Below are positions 24,344-36,946 of a stretch of DNA of 64,000 nt, one piece after another. Origin of the DNA: Podarcis cretensis (lineage: Eukaryota); contig OX638161.1 of the NCBI GenBank assembly GCA_951804945.1, positions 27,900,001-27,964,000 of the forward strand, given 5' to 3'. A program made the position numbers and the translations under genes. Below the pieces are notes generated by a model that made no database searches, was not told where the DNA came from, and was given only the letters and a program-made list of their open reading frames with translations. Position 1 is the stretch's first letter. Each line of letters starts with the position of its first letter.

Positions 24344-25496
24344 TCCTAATTAATGAGGAAGGTTGGGCTCTCAGTGACAAAAATCGTGCAAGGAACATCT
24401 GCACGCAGACACATATTGCAACCTCTTCTCAGGGGTCCTTGTGAAAACATTCCGATATACACCAGCATATCATCAAATGAGGCCGACAATTAATGTTACC
24501 AGTTTTGTAAACTACAACTTGAAAGCTCAGATACACAGGTAAGCTTGGGAATGTATTCTGATTGCCTGCAAGGTTAAACTCAGGGCCGGCAGAGAGACTT
24601 TCCTGTGATCTAAGCTAGTGTTGTTCCTGTTTGTTGTTCCCTAAGAAAGCTGGGAGAGTCCACAGCGCTCCCTTCTAGTAACTGTGGGGAGGTGGATGAC
24701 AACTACCTTTGAGAAGGATACTCAGCTGCTGTTTCCTCCTGCTCCAAATACTGAAGGACTAAGATACTGTGCTCCAGAACTACCCACCACTGATTCTAAC
24801 AATTGCCAACATTTGCTGCTCTCACAACATTTTTTGATGCCAATCAAGCTGCTGTGGTTTTATTTATTTTGGTTTGATTCTAAGTCCAAATTTTCCCTAT
24901 GCTCCCCACAGGCTGGGTCAAGGCAATGACCGTTTGGAAACAAATATACTATTGTTGCTTTCGAAAGCAGGTTGCAAAAGTGACTGACAAACTGACTCAA
25001 GTTTGCAAACGGCGACTGTTTTCCAGACTGATCCCAAACGGCTGCTAGATTTTTGGGTTTTTTGTCTTTGCAGATTAACGTTTGGGAAGCAACGGGACAT
25101 TTGCGACCAAGGAGGAGAAAGGAGCCGAAGACACTTCTGCTTCCTGCCTCCTCCCAGCCTCTTTCCAAATCTCACTGTGGCTGCTGAACATGAAATAAAC
25201 ATGGTTTCTAGACTTCTTGCAACACTTGCGGCAGAGCATAAAACCTAGGAAGTGAAGGCAGTGATGGGCCAAGCTAGGAATAAGATGTCTAGGATTCTGC
25301 CAGGGACAGCTGAAACATCAGGAGACGGGGTTTTCTGGCTCAGCTACAAGACGACTGAGCCTCTTGCCAAGTTGCGGGTAGGGAGGAAGAAAGTGTGGTG
25401 GTGTGCAGCAGACCAGCCGTCCCCAACCTGGAGATCCCCAGATGTTTCGGACTACAACTCCCATCAGCTGCAGCCAGTGCTGCTGATGGGAGCTGT

Positions 25497-26015
25497 TGTT
25501 GTTGTTTAGTCCTTTAGTCATGTCCGACTCTTCGTGACCCCATGGACCAGAGCACGCCAGGCACTCCTGTCTTCCACTGCCTCCTGCAGTTTAGTCAAAC
25601 TCGTGCTGGTAGCTTCGGGAACACTGTCCAACCATCTCATCCTCTGTCGTCCCCTTCTCCTTGTGCCCTCCATCTTTCCCAACATCAGGGTCTTTTCCAG
25701 GGAGTCTTCTCTTCTCATGAGGTGGCCAAAGTACTGGAGCCTCAGCTTCACGATCTTCCAGTGAGCACTCAGGGCTGACTTCCTTAAGAATGGATAGGTT
25801 TGATCTTCTTGCAGTCCATGGGACTCTCAAGAGTCTCCTCCAGCACCATAATTCAAAAGCATCAATTCTTTGGCAATCAACCTTCTTTATGGTCCAGCTC
25901 TCATTTCCATGCATCACTACTGGGAAAACCATAGCTTTAACTATACGGACCTTTGTCGACAATGTGATGTCTCTGCTTTTTAATATGCTGCCTAGGTTTG
26001 TAAAGATGCTGTCTA
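25497..26015 (-). mobile_element. BovB (RTE) LINE 3' fragment
   Basis: Peptides TKVRIVKAMVFPVVMHG.ESWTIKK...IDAFELWCWRRLLRVPWTARRSN and KLRLQYFGHLMRR; 12-bp TSD GATGGGAGCTGT (25485-25496 / 26016-26027). Confidence 0.93.
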
Positions 26016-26391
26016 GATGGGAGCTGTAGCCCCCCCAAAAAACAACAACTAGAAGGCATCAGATTGGGGGTAGCTGCAACAGATTGTGTGGGCACCTACA
26101 GTGAAACTCTCCCCCCACCACCACAATGGCAGCTGATCTCAGGGGTTTAAGCCATGGTCTGCCACAATCACACAGATGTGGACACTGTGGAACTGTTCTG
26201 ATTTAAGACCCATGACTTACATTCTCTCCCCCCCCCCTTCCTCAAAGTGTTTTTTCTCCCAGTTAAGCCCACTTCCAGAACCTATTCCCAAGCTGGGAGG
26301 AAAGTGCTTGGGGAGAGGGTCTGCACTTCTGCCCCTTAAGCCAAATATCTCCTGTCTCCTATTTTCTACGTGATTTCAAGATCTGCTCATC

Positions 26392-26585
26392 TAGGATTGC
26401 CATATTTCAAAAAGTAAAAACCAGGACACCCCAAAATTGTCCAACCCCCAACCCCCCGTGATTTTTCAACTGACTTGCCTAAGATCCAGGACAAAGTGCT
26501 GCCTTTCCAAAATTGCCCCCAGATGTCAATTCCGCCTTTGAAATCCCAGTAATGTCTGAGAAAATCTGGACGTATGGCAGCCCTA
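26392..26585. mobile_element. hAT (Tip100-like) MITE
   Basis: TAGGATTGCCAT ... ATGGCAGCCCTA ends; near-TSD tgctcatc. A similar short copy lies at about 30298-30388. Confidence 0.6.
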
Positions 26586-27149
26586 TAGCTCATCTCAGGC
26601 CTAGTTTGGCATTCATAAACTAAGAGGGGGAGAAGGGTGTGATTGGGCCTCTTGCGGTTGGGTCATATGACTGTCAATCTACTACACGCAATTTCCATTT
26701 AGCACAGGGGTAAATGCAGCAGTTTTGGCTTTGCAATGAGCCCATACTCTCGATACACTGCAGGGCATTTGTGCTTTTTAAAGAGTATGTTTCTTGTCCT
26801 CGTGGTTGTAGCAAAAAATATATATAAAAATAAATCAGCATTGCTTTTGGAAACCGGCAGTTCTTCCAACAGGTTTTGCAGCACTCTTCTTAAAAACAAC
26901 AACAAAACAATATTTGCTCCAGTGCAATTCGGGATGTCATTCTCCCTTTCAAATAATAAGCAGAGAAAATGTAATCGACTAGCAGCACATATGTCTGCCA
27001 TGTAAAGTGAACACTGCCCCATAAAAATCAAAGCCGCCTAGCCAAACCTGCTTATCTAACATGAAATGTGACAACTAACTAATTGAAATGGCATTGCATT
27101 CCTTTTGCCGGGTTGCATATATGTTACCTCAGTGAGCCCAGTGGTAGCC

Positions 27150-27186
<37 letters not shown>

Positions 27187-27837
27187 TTGCCAGACAGCAA
27201 GAATAATGTCATTTTGTACTACGGATTCCCAGTTCCTTGGTGTGAGCTTTGACTCTGGTCTACAGATCTCAAGAGGCAGGCAGGAAGACAATAGCTAGGG
27301 ACCAGTTTACCTGCGAGATTGCCTTACCCATACAGGCTCAACTGACTGCTTCGATCTGCAGAATTAGCACTGTTACAAGTGTCACGTAATACTCGTTCCA
27401 CATTTGTAAGAAACTGATCTTTGAGAACTTTGGAACTCCCTGCCTATGGGCCTCAGGCAGGTGCCTTCACTATTCTCTTTTTGGCACTTGCTAAAACAAA
27501 TGTTTATTTAGGCAAACCTATCCAAACATGTAGAATGTTGACATGAGTTTTTAATCTGTTTTTTTTTAAAGCTTATTGTTGATGCTAATTATGTGTTGAA
27601 TGTTTTAAATTATTATTTTTAACAGGCTTTAAACTGATCATCTTTTTGTTTTATTCTCTTTGTAAACCACTTTGAGGTTTTATTACAATCAAGTGGTACA
27701 TAAATCTAGTAAAAATAACAAAAACAAACAGGCCTCAGCCAGGCCCATGGGCCTTCTGACTCCTATCTATTAATTGCTGGCTCTCGTGCCATCGATGCGT
27801 AACTATTAAAACAGCCCTAAAAGTTAGAGCACTCCTT

Positions 27838-28075
27838 TTTCTTTTTCTTTTGTTAGAGCATTTATTAATTTTCCAATAAAAAACATCCAATTAACATATC
27901 AAATCACAATCCAATAAAAATAAAAAACTAAAAAAAAAATCAAATCAAATTGTCTTCCAAATTGTAATATTAATTTTGCGACTTCCCACGGTCTGAATTC
28001 CGAAGCATTTCCAAATCTCAGTCCTGCCTCTCATCTCTCATCAATGTTTTCATAATTCCTTGTCACAATTTTATC
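27838..28075 (-). mobile_element. 5'-truncated L1-type retroposed insertion
   Basis: Poly(T) start, TTTATT (AATAAA on minus), perfect 19-bp TSD AAAAGTTAGAGCACTCCTT (27819-27837 / 28076-28094). Confidence 0.75.
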
Positions 28076-28747
28076 AAAAGTTAGAGCACTCCTTATCCCC
28101 ACTGGGCAGATGGCCATGGCTGCTGGGAGTTAAGGCTGAGAGAACAGCAGCCTGCCCAAAGGCCAACCAGTGATTCCATGGTTAGGGCTTATTTGAACCA
28201 GACACTCCCGAGTCTCACAACATAGGCTGAAAGACACGTTGCTCCACTTGCTGTCCAGCCAAAGATAAGCTCACCCAAACCAGGCCATAGTGTACTAGAA
28301 GCTTAGAGCACTCACACCCTGCAGGAAAGAGACCTGCAGAAAAAATAGTTCCAGGTGTCTCAAGCAAGCGAGTCAAGTCACATCCTGCTTAGGTAATAAC
28401 TATCCCTGGTTTTTATACCTAACATACAAACTGCCACTCCATCCCCTCGGGGGATGAAGATGCTTTCAGGCCCAACAAGGAACCTTTCCAGCACCACAAA
28501 AGGAACGTACGGTACATTTTTTTTGGTGGTTTTTACACACTCGAGCAACTGGAAAAGCAGCAACATCAAAGGGCTCATTTGCAAACTTTCTGGAGCCGAT
28601 GCCAGAGAAGGACACATCTGGGTCACCAACATTTTATCAGAACATCAGAGGGTGTGAATAATGTCAGGGTGGAGACCTATACAGACCTCCATACGATGTT
28701 GGGCTCCAGCTGACGTCAGCCCCACTCAAAATGGCCAATTGCCAGGG

Positions 28748-29141
28748 TAAAAGGTAAGGTAAAGGATCCCTGGATGGTTAAATCCAGTCAAAGGCGATTA
28801 TGGGGTGTAGCACTCATCTTCCTTTTCAGACCGTGGGAGCCAGAGTTTGTCCACAGGCAGCTTTCTGGGTCATGTGGCCAGCATGACTAAACCGCTTCTG
28901 GCGCAACGGAACACCTTGATGGAAACCAGAACACATGGAAACGCCATTTACCTTCCCACCACAGGGGTACCTGTTTATCTACTTGCACTGGCGTGCTTTT
29001 GAACGGCAAGGTAGGCAGGACCTGGGATGGAGCAACAGGAGCTCACCCTGTCGCGGGGATTCGAACCTTCAACCGTAAACCTTCTGATCGGCAAACCCAA
29101 GAGGCTCAGTGGTTTAGACCACAGTGCCACCCGCATCCCCT
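28748..29141 (-). mobile_element. Sauria SINE
   Basis: tRNA-like head with B box GGTTCGAATCCC, (ACCTTT)n tail; TSD CAATTGCCAGGG. Confidence 0.85.
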
Positions 29142-29901
29142 CAATTGCCAGGGATGGTGGGCATTAGAGTCCCATCAATATCTGGAAGGCTGCAGGTTCC
29201 CCATTCCTGGGCAAAGGGGGAGGTCTCTGGGCCTACCTGGGCATGCAGAACTCCAGCCGCACTCTCGTGGAGAAAGGTGGCACAGTGCCCATCTAATTTC
29301 CTCTGCAGAGTCAGGAGGATTGCCCTTGAAGAAACCCGAGTTACCTCGTGATAACTTCCTTCCTCAGGAATATAAAACATGCAACCGCGGATTCCTTTCA
29401 ACATCCACCCCCTTCAACGGCTTCCCTGCTCCACACGAACCAACAAAAAGAGGCTGTTGCAGTTTCCACATCCCTCTGCAACAACGGAAAGGAGGAAGTC
29501 GAGTCTCCCACAGGTCGCTTCAAGCCTACAACTGGGCACAGGGAACTAGAGGCTGGCTGTACACAGCGCCTCTGCAAAGTCAGGCACTTACCACGAGTTT
29601 TCAGTGTCAGGACTCAGTCTAGGAACCTGTAACAGAACTGTTATAGCAAGCAACAACTCCTCTGAGCAAGAACTTCAGGCCTAGCCACCAAATAATCCAG
29701 TCTACCTCTATGCATCTGGGAGGAGAGAGAATGTCTTCCAGATCAGAAACTGCCTCTTCTCCTCACTCTCTGAAACTTGAGTCTAAGCTCCTTGAGGCCA
29801 GGGATTCTTTTTGGGCTTATGTTGCAGAGCAATACACATATTAGCAGTATAAGATAATCTAAATATAATATACCGTAATCCAGCATCTGTATGCCGCCAT
29901 G

Positions 29902-30030
29902 NNNNNNNNNNNNNNNNNNNNNNNNNNNNNNNNNNNNNNNNNNNNNNNNNNNNNNNNNNNNNNNNNNNNNNNNNNNNNNNNNNNNNNNNNNNNNNNNNNN
30001 NNNNNNNNNNNNNNNNNNNNNNNNNNNNNA
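29902..30030. other. Assembly gap (129 N)
   Basis: Run of N. Confidence 1.
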
Positions 30031-33000
30031 CATCCCCAAAATTAATACACTAATTACTAGTAGTAGAAATAATACTGTAGTAGCGGTAGTCATTAGGTAT
30101 AGTACCCCAACAAGTTTGAGGCCCAGTATTTAATCATTAAAAATTCAATCCTGGTTCTGTCTCTTCACTTAGCTGTAGTTTAGTGGAGCAGAGCTTAACT
30201 TGAACCAGGAGGACTCCCTGCACCCCAGAGACTGCTTTCCACAACAGGATTCATCCCTGATACACATGAAGAGACAAAAGCAACAGTGCCTCTCTGTTAG
30301 GGCTGCCATATGACTGGATTTTTTGGGGTCTTCCTAACACAATTTTCGGGGTGTTTTGGCTTTTAATTTTTGCAATATGGTAACCCTACTCTCAATATAC
30401 TGTGGAGCACCTTTGGTTCACACCAGCAGGAATCCACAGCCAAGCACATACACAACCCAGGAATTAGCAAGCTGCAGGTCAGGCAGGGCGAAGGATGAGA
30501 TTTTCTGGCAAACTCCCCCACCAAAAAAACCCACAAAACCCCTCACCCCTCAATCTCCTCTCTCTCTCCCCCTCACTCTTTATAAAGAAATCAAACACTG
30601 CTTCTCAACATTTGCACTCTATATTAATTGACCTGGAAAATGACCCTGCCCTATTTTCTGTGCTCATAAATGGTACTGTGGATTGGAAAAAGCCACCCTC
30701 AGCATACAATCCTTTACCCACTTGCACAGGAGTAAGTCCCACAAGATTCAACGGTACTTTCTTTGGAAGAGACATGCTTAGGATTATTTTGCGAAGCACT
30801 GAAAGGGGCACCTGTCCTATCAGTTTTTAACCACCCTGTCTCTGGAAACCATGGTTTTTGCAAATGGCTTACAACATTTTTACTAACCCACTTGCCACAA
30901 AATCCTACTCATAAACAAAAATTTGCAAAAAAAGAACAAGTGTATAGTGTCCCAGCCTGGAAGCAGTTCTTATTTGTCACAGGTGGCAAACTGAGAGGCT
31001 TTCTACAAGTAGAAGAGTTTAAAGTGGTAAGTCATATATGGGTTTTTTGGGGAGGGCAGATTAATGGGCAAGTCATTTATCTATACTCAGTCCTCATGGG
31101 CAAGCACCATGAGGCAACTTGGGCTCAAATCCCTCACAAGCCATTAATTCCTCAGGTAGCCCCATGAAAGCCAGTTCCCCATCAGCCTCAGTTGATCTCA
31201 TCTGTAAAATGGCTCCCTTAAAGACCTGTGCCACAATGACATTGTGCAGATAGAGAGATTTAAAATGGAAAGGAAGCAGCAATGACAGAAGAGTACATTA
31301 AAAAAAATAAAAAATAACAGTGAATCACAACGTGGGATTCACAATTTTCTGTCTCAAAAGACACGTGTCCTATTATCCAGGTGCCAGAATGATCTCTGAG
31401 GGCTTGTCCCGGGTCCAGAAAGCGGTTTTCCGCTTGCCCCGTGTTTTCTAGGCATGGCTCCATGAAGTAATAAATGTGCCGCACAACTTTCCCGAGTGCT
31501 GCTTGCTCCGCAAGTTTCCCCAGAGAAAAGCAGCAGGGCAAATGGGAGCCTTGAAATGCACAGGGTGAGATTTTGCCCCTGGGACAAACAGGGGAAAGTG
31601 TTCCTATATGTCAGGGTGGAGTTGGACTACAACTCCCATCATCCATGACCGCTGACCATGCTGGCTGCGGCTGATGAGAGCTGAGAGTCCAGCAACATCG
31701 GGAGAGCCAAATGTTGAGAGAGACCACCCCTGCTGTAGGTACCTGTAAACTGCCCCACTATTCCCACTGCAGTCCACTCTCCTTCCTTTTTATTGGGGGG
31801 GTGTCGGAGAATTCCTTGCAAAAAGAAAACAGCACAAAAACCTTCACAGTGTGGTGTAATCTGATGCCAGCTTTGGCAATATCCAACAGCCACAACGCTC
31901 TTCCTCAGAGAAACAAGGCAGCGGGGCTCTAAAAGGACACCCCAGGACAGCAAATACACGCTTGGGAGCGAAGGTTGAGGGGCAAGAATGACTCCCCACC
32001 ACGGAGGCTTTCCTGCCCATGCTGTTTGCCTGCGCCTTTGACGGAGACTAGAGAGGCGGAAAGTAGGTCACATTTTTCTTGGCTGAGGGGGGAAATTCCT
32101 TTGATGGATTTATAAAGCAGCAAGTACAGCATAGAGCCGCTAAAAAAGAGAGAAAGGGGGGGGGTCGCAGGGATAAGTGGGGAGTGGGCGAGACAAGCTG
32201 AAGCTTTAGCTGTTCATCAGGAATAGAGGGGGTAGGAGAGTTTCAATCCAAGAATAGGTTCTCCTTAAATAGGACTCTCACTACACATGATCTTATGCTG
32301 ACCTTAAAGGGGCGTGTGTGTGTCTGTGTGTGTAAAAGAGGGGGGGGGGTCTCTCCAGAAGGGAACATATTTGTATGTGTGTAAATGCACAAGCATTTTT
32401 GTAAAACCAGTTTCGGATTTCAAAAACCGCATTTTGGCAGCAAAATCTGTGGTAAGGGCTCGTGTGAACATGAAGGTGGAATCTGGAGTGGTGGAAAAGG
32501 CCAAATTCCAGAGGAAATGCACACATTTTGAAACCCAGGTGCAATATCATCATGAAATGAAGGGGGCTGGGTTGGGTTGGGTAAGGAGGAGGCTTTCCTC
32601 ACAAATTAGGTTTCAAATCACTGAAGGGCACTTCAGCTTCAACCCAGATGCTTAGAAAGTTGAGGTAATTTTAATGTTTTGTTATTTCTAACTTTTGTAT
32701 GTTTTGAAGTAGGGTTGTGAATTTTTCTTGATTTTATTGTTTTATCTTTTTGTAAACCACTTTAGCTTTATTATTTATTGCAGTTGTTGCTAATTCAATT
32801 TACATGCCACCCTTTATCAAAAGATCCCAGGGCAGTGCACAGCACTTAAGAACACATTTTACAGAGCATCAATAGAAATGTAATATAATAACAGGCATTG
32901 TATAATTGTTATGAAATAATAATAAATAGCCTTGCCTGCTTGGTCCAAAACCCCTTTTTCCTTTCTCAAAGTATTTTAGTAGTGCAACATAACATACTCT

Positions 33001-33718
33001 ACAGTTCGCATTTCCACAAAGCAATTTTGAAAAGTTCGACCTAAGATGTCAATTTAAAAAACAAAGTGGGCAAGACATAACACAAAAACTGTCAAATTAC
33101 TCCATAAATCAGAAATTCTTTTTTGCAAGAGCAGAACTGTATAATGACGACAACGAGATTCATACAGCACATTTAAACTGTTCCAAGCGGTCCACATACA
33201 TTAGCCTGCTTCAGACCATAAAGCTAAACCATGATTTAGGACAGGAATGGTGAACAGATGTACCGTAACTGGACTACAACTGCTATCATCCATGATCAAT
33301 CACTGGCCATGCTGGCTGGGGTTAATGGGAACTGGAATCCAACAACATCTGGAGGGCCACAGATTCCCCATCTTTGGTTTAGCAGAATGGGATTGGAATG
33401 ATCAGGCATGCACGCACCCTCCTTGCAGCCATGTGATGAATGGAAGAAATTGCTTTCCATTTTTAAATCAACCATAGTTTGTTTTTATCTACAACAATGG
33501 AAAAAATGGTTAGCTTAAACTATGGTTTATTGAAACAAGCAAAGATTGAAACATGGTTTGTAATCCTGGCTTGTTCACCAACTATGGTGTAAACTAAACA
33601 ATTTGTCCTTGTTGGATGTAATCAAAATGGTGACTTCCAACTTCTTCCTTGAAGCCACACAGCGGAGGGGTGTGCAAACCCATAGCTTGTTTTGGTCCGA
33701 TCTTGTAATAGTGCTAAA

Positions 33719-34056
33719 CTAAACCACAGAGTCTAGGGCTTGCCAATCAGAAGGTCGGCGGTTCGAATCCCCATGACAGGGTGCGCTCCCGTTGCTTGGT
33801 CCCAGCTCCTGCCCACCTAGCAATTTGAAAGCACGTCAAGTGCAAGTAGATAAATAGGTACTGCTCCGGCGGGAAGGTAAACGGCGTTTCCGTGCACTGC
33901 TCTGGTTCGCCAGAAGCGGCTTAGTCATGCTGGCCACATGACCTGGAAGCTGTCTGCAGACAAACGCCGGCTTCCTTGGCCAATAGAGCGAGATGAGCAC
34001 TCAACCCCAGAGTCGTCCATGACTGGACCTAACGGTCAGGGGTACCTTTACCTTTA
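33719..34056 (+). mobile_element. Sauria SINE
   Basis: B box GGTTCGAATCCC, GCAAGTAGATAAATAGG body, ACCTTTACCTTT tail. Confidence 0.85.
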
Positions 34057-35166
34057 AGGTTTAGAACCACATCAGAACTGAGGCAATAACTTGTTGTAAG
34101 CCTTACAACAACCCGGAAAGGTAGGCCTGTATTGTTATCTACGTGTTGCCGATAGAGAACTGAGGCCGACAGAGAGAGAAAGCAGCTTACCTAAAGACAC
34201 CTAGTGAATTTAAAGCTGGGCTGAGATTTAAACCAAGGACTCTGAACACCACACACTTAAACACAACAGTACACCTGCTCTCGTTCACAGCTATCACACA
34301 CGACGACAGTACATATCATTTTGCTGCTTATACATACAGCAATCACATACCAGGAAGAAAGTTATTGCTTATAGGCATTGCCTATGCAGTAAAATAGTTG
34401 TGAGCACAAAACATCACATGACTGCCAGTGTGCCATTTGCACACTTCTTCCTACAAAGAGATGTTATTCCCAGAATCGTCACATCTGAGGTTGCCCTCTT
34501 CATCTCTCAAGTGCCTTCACAGGCAGCATGTGACAGCATGGCAACATTCCAGCAGGGAGTTTCAGATTTCCTAGCCTCCCAAACCCATATTTGTATTAAT
34601 TGGCTGAGGAACCCCAGTGCATATACCTCTGAATCCATGTTGGCAGGTGGGAAGAAATTCTTTCACCTGTACAAAAATCAAGAGCCTCTGCAAGAGGTAC
34701 AAAATCCTCTGCACTCTCATTTGCAAATAAGACACAAATTCTGGCTTCTCCAGTGCAGCTATAGGCTGGCCAGCAAATCTTAAGATTATGCGCAATGTCC
34801 TGTAGATGCTGTTGCACTCCAATTCCTATCATTCCTGACTGCTGGCTGGGGCTGATGGGTACTGTCATCTCAGAAGGTCAGCACATTAACCACCTCAGGC
34901 ATAAGAGTGTTGGCCTAGGACGAAGAAATCCAGATTCAAATTTTCTGGGTGATCCCAACCTAGCCTACCTCCCAGGGCTGTTGTAAAATGGGAGATGGGT
35001 AAGAGATTCATGTATTCTGCCTTGAGCTCCTTGAAGGACAAGGCAGGGTAGGAATGTGCTATAATAAAATTAAAAAGAGCATTAGTGAGACGTTGTACTC
35101 ATTTCCCCATCCCATAAACCGCATCAAATTGAAGGAGTAACTTCCTTCCCTCATTTTTACATCTCA

Positions 35167-35515
35167 GCCCATGTTCGCACCACACATTTAAAACACAATG
35201 TTACCTCTTTAAAGCCGTTATGGCTTCCCCCAGAGAATTCTGGGATCTGGAGTTCATTAGGGATGCAGAGGGTTGTTAGGCGAAGACCCCTATTCCCCTC
35301 AGACAACTACAATTCCCAGAGTTCTTTGGGAAAAGGGACTGATGGTTAAACCACTCTGCAAACTGCAGCTCTTGAGTGGAGAACAGGGGTCTCCTAACAA
35401 CTCTCAGCACTCATACCAAACTACAGACCCCTGAGTTGTTGTTTTTTGGGGGGGAGGAGCCATGACTGTTTAAAATGGCATCATAGTGCCTTAGCTATGT
35501 GTTGTGAATGTGGTC
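35167..35515. mobile_element. Palindromic MITE, probably PIF/Harbinger-like
   Basis: Ends resembling GGCC(A/C)CATTCACA with internal inverted ACTACAATTCCCAG motifs. Related copies at about 42377-42625, 59548-59831, 7490-7640, 7880-8025, 44080-44200, 51420-51580. Confidence 0.6.
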
Positions 35516-35861
35516 ATAGTCTGTCAAGGCTGATGGAGAACCTACTTCTGGCAAGCTAAAGTGGAAAAGGCTCAGCTGAGAAGGAAGGGGGAATTTCCGT
35601 CTCTCTCTTTGCAAGAAAGCAAACTAGGTGTGAGGAATAATGGATATGCTTGGGGATTACTTTTCTAAGGTGATGTGACTTACAGCAAGGTTCAAGGTTG
35701 CTCTCTTTCTCTTTCCCCCACAACAAACCCTCTCTACACAAGAGTGCTGGACAAAAACCAAGAATCCCAAAGATTGATTCATTTATAATTTTCAGGTTTA
35801 TAAATTTTGATAGTGTAATTTTATAGTCATTCTAACATTTCAAAACTTGACTTCCTTCCTA

Positions 35862-36228
35862 TAAAGGTAAAGGTAAAGGTACCCCTGCCCGTACGGGCCA
35901 GTCTTGACAGACCCTGGGGTTGTGCGCCCATCTCACTTAAGAGGCCAGGGGCCAGCGCTGTCCGGAGACACTTCCGGGTCACGTGGCCAGCGTGACATCG
36001 CTGCTCTGGCCAGAGCCAGAGCCGCACACGGAAACGCCGTTTACCTTCCCGCTGGTAAGCGGTCCCTATTTATCTACTTGCACCCGGAGGTGCTTTCGAA
36101 CTGCTAAGTTGGCAGGCGCTGGGACCGAGCAGCGGGAGCGCACCCCGCCGCAGGGATTCGAACCGCCGACCTTTCGATCGGCAAGCCCTAGGCGCTGAGG
36201 CTTTAACCCACAGCGCCACCTGCGTCCC
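35862..36228 (-). mobile_element. Sauria SINE (young, CpG-rich)
   Basis: Full head and (ACCTTT)3 tail; near-identical to the 48769 copy. Confidence 0.9.
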
Positions 36229-36767
36229 TATACCCCCCCCAAAAAAAAATTCAAGGTTTTGAGCTACACTGTGAATCTTGCTTTCCACCCCAACTGGAAT
36301 ATTTTCTCCCTACCTTCCGAAAACCTGAAACGATGACCCCACCCACAGCTATGGCACTTGGGCTGTGTGGTGACATCACTTTGCGCATACTGAGAGTGAT
36401 CCTTAGAACACCACCCCCAACAGCTGCACATTGCTGGGGGTCAATCAGCAAAAGGGTTGACAAGAAGTCTTCTGGGCAGCTGAGCTACTGTCAACTGATC
36501 TCCTCAGCAAGGAACCCTTGATAAACGCCGGAGGAACCCTACCGTTCCTAGGAATCCAGGACGAAAGGCACTGCCTCCTCAGGAAAAAGAAAGAGTTCCC
36601 AGATCTTTCTCTGTGAGGTCTGAATCTCAGGTATAAAATGCTGGCTTATACCAAGTCAAATCATTGGTTCCCATAGCCCAATACTGTCTACTCTGACAGG
36701 CAGCTGCTTTCCAGAGTGCACAGTAGAGACCCTTCACTGTTCAGCTGCCTCTTAACTGGGGGATAAA

Positions 36768-36946
36768 GGAACACAGGAAGCTTCCTTACACTGAGTAGAC
36801 CCATTAGTTCACCTAGTGCAGTATTGTCTACACAGACTGGCAGTGGCTTTCCAGGGTTTCAGACTGGGGATATTCCCAGCCTTACCTAGAGATAACAGGG
36901 ATTGAACCTGGGGCTCTTCTGTATGCAAAGCAGAAGGTTTTCCTAC
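36768..36946 (-). mobile_element. tRNA-Ala(TGC)-like-headed SINE with LINE-derived tail
   Basis: Reverse complement contains CTGCTTTGCAT(A/G)CAGAAG..CCAGGTTCAATCCC. Other copies at about 2008-2130, 11277-11480, 52774-52962, 54035-54195, 61238-61321, 63878-63955. Confidence 0.65.

Noticed and set aside
28993-29622. 209-aa ORF
   Set aside because: Begins inside a Sauria SINE and runs through a hAT MITE; not a gene.
29743-30133. NUMT (ND6-like hydrophobic frame) across the gap
   Set aside because: Resemblance is limited to hydrophobicity and VLILGM; I cannot align it to any mitochondrial gene, so it is kept only as an anomaly.
30476-30491. DR4 thyroid response element (AGGTCA ggca GGGCGA) for autoregulation
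   Set aside because: The second half-site is too degenerate to distinguish from chance.
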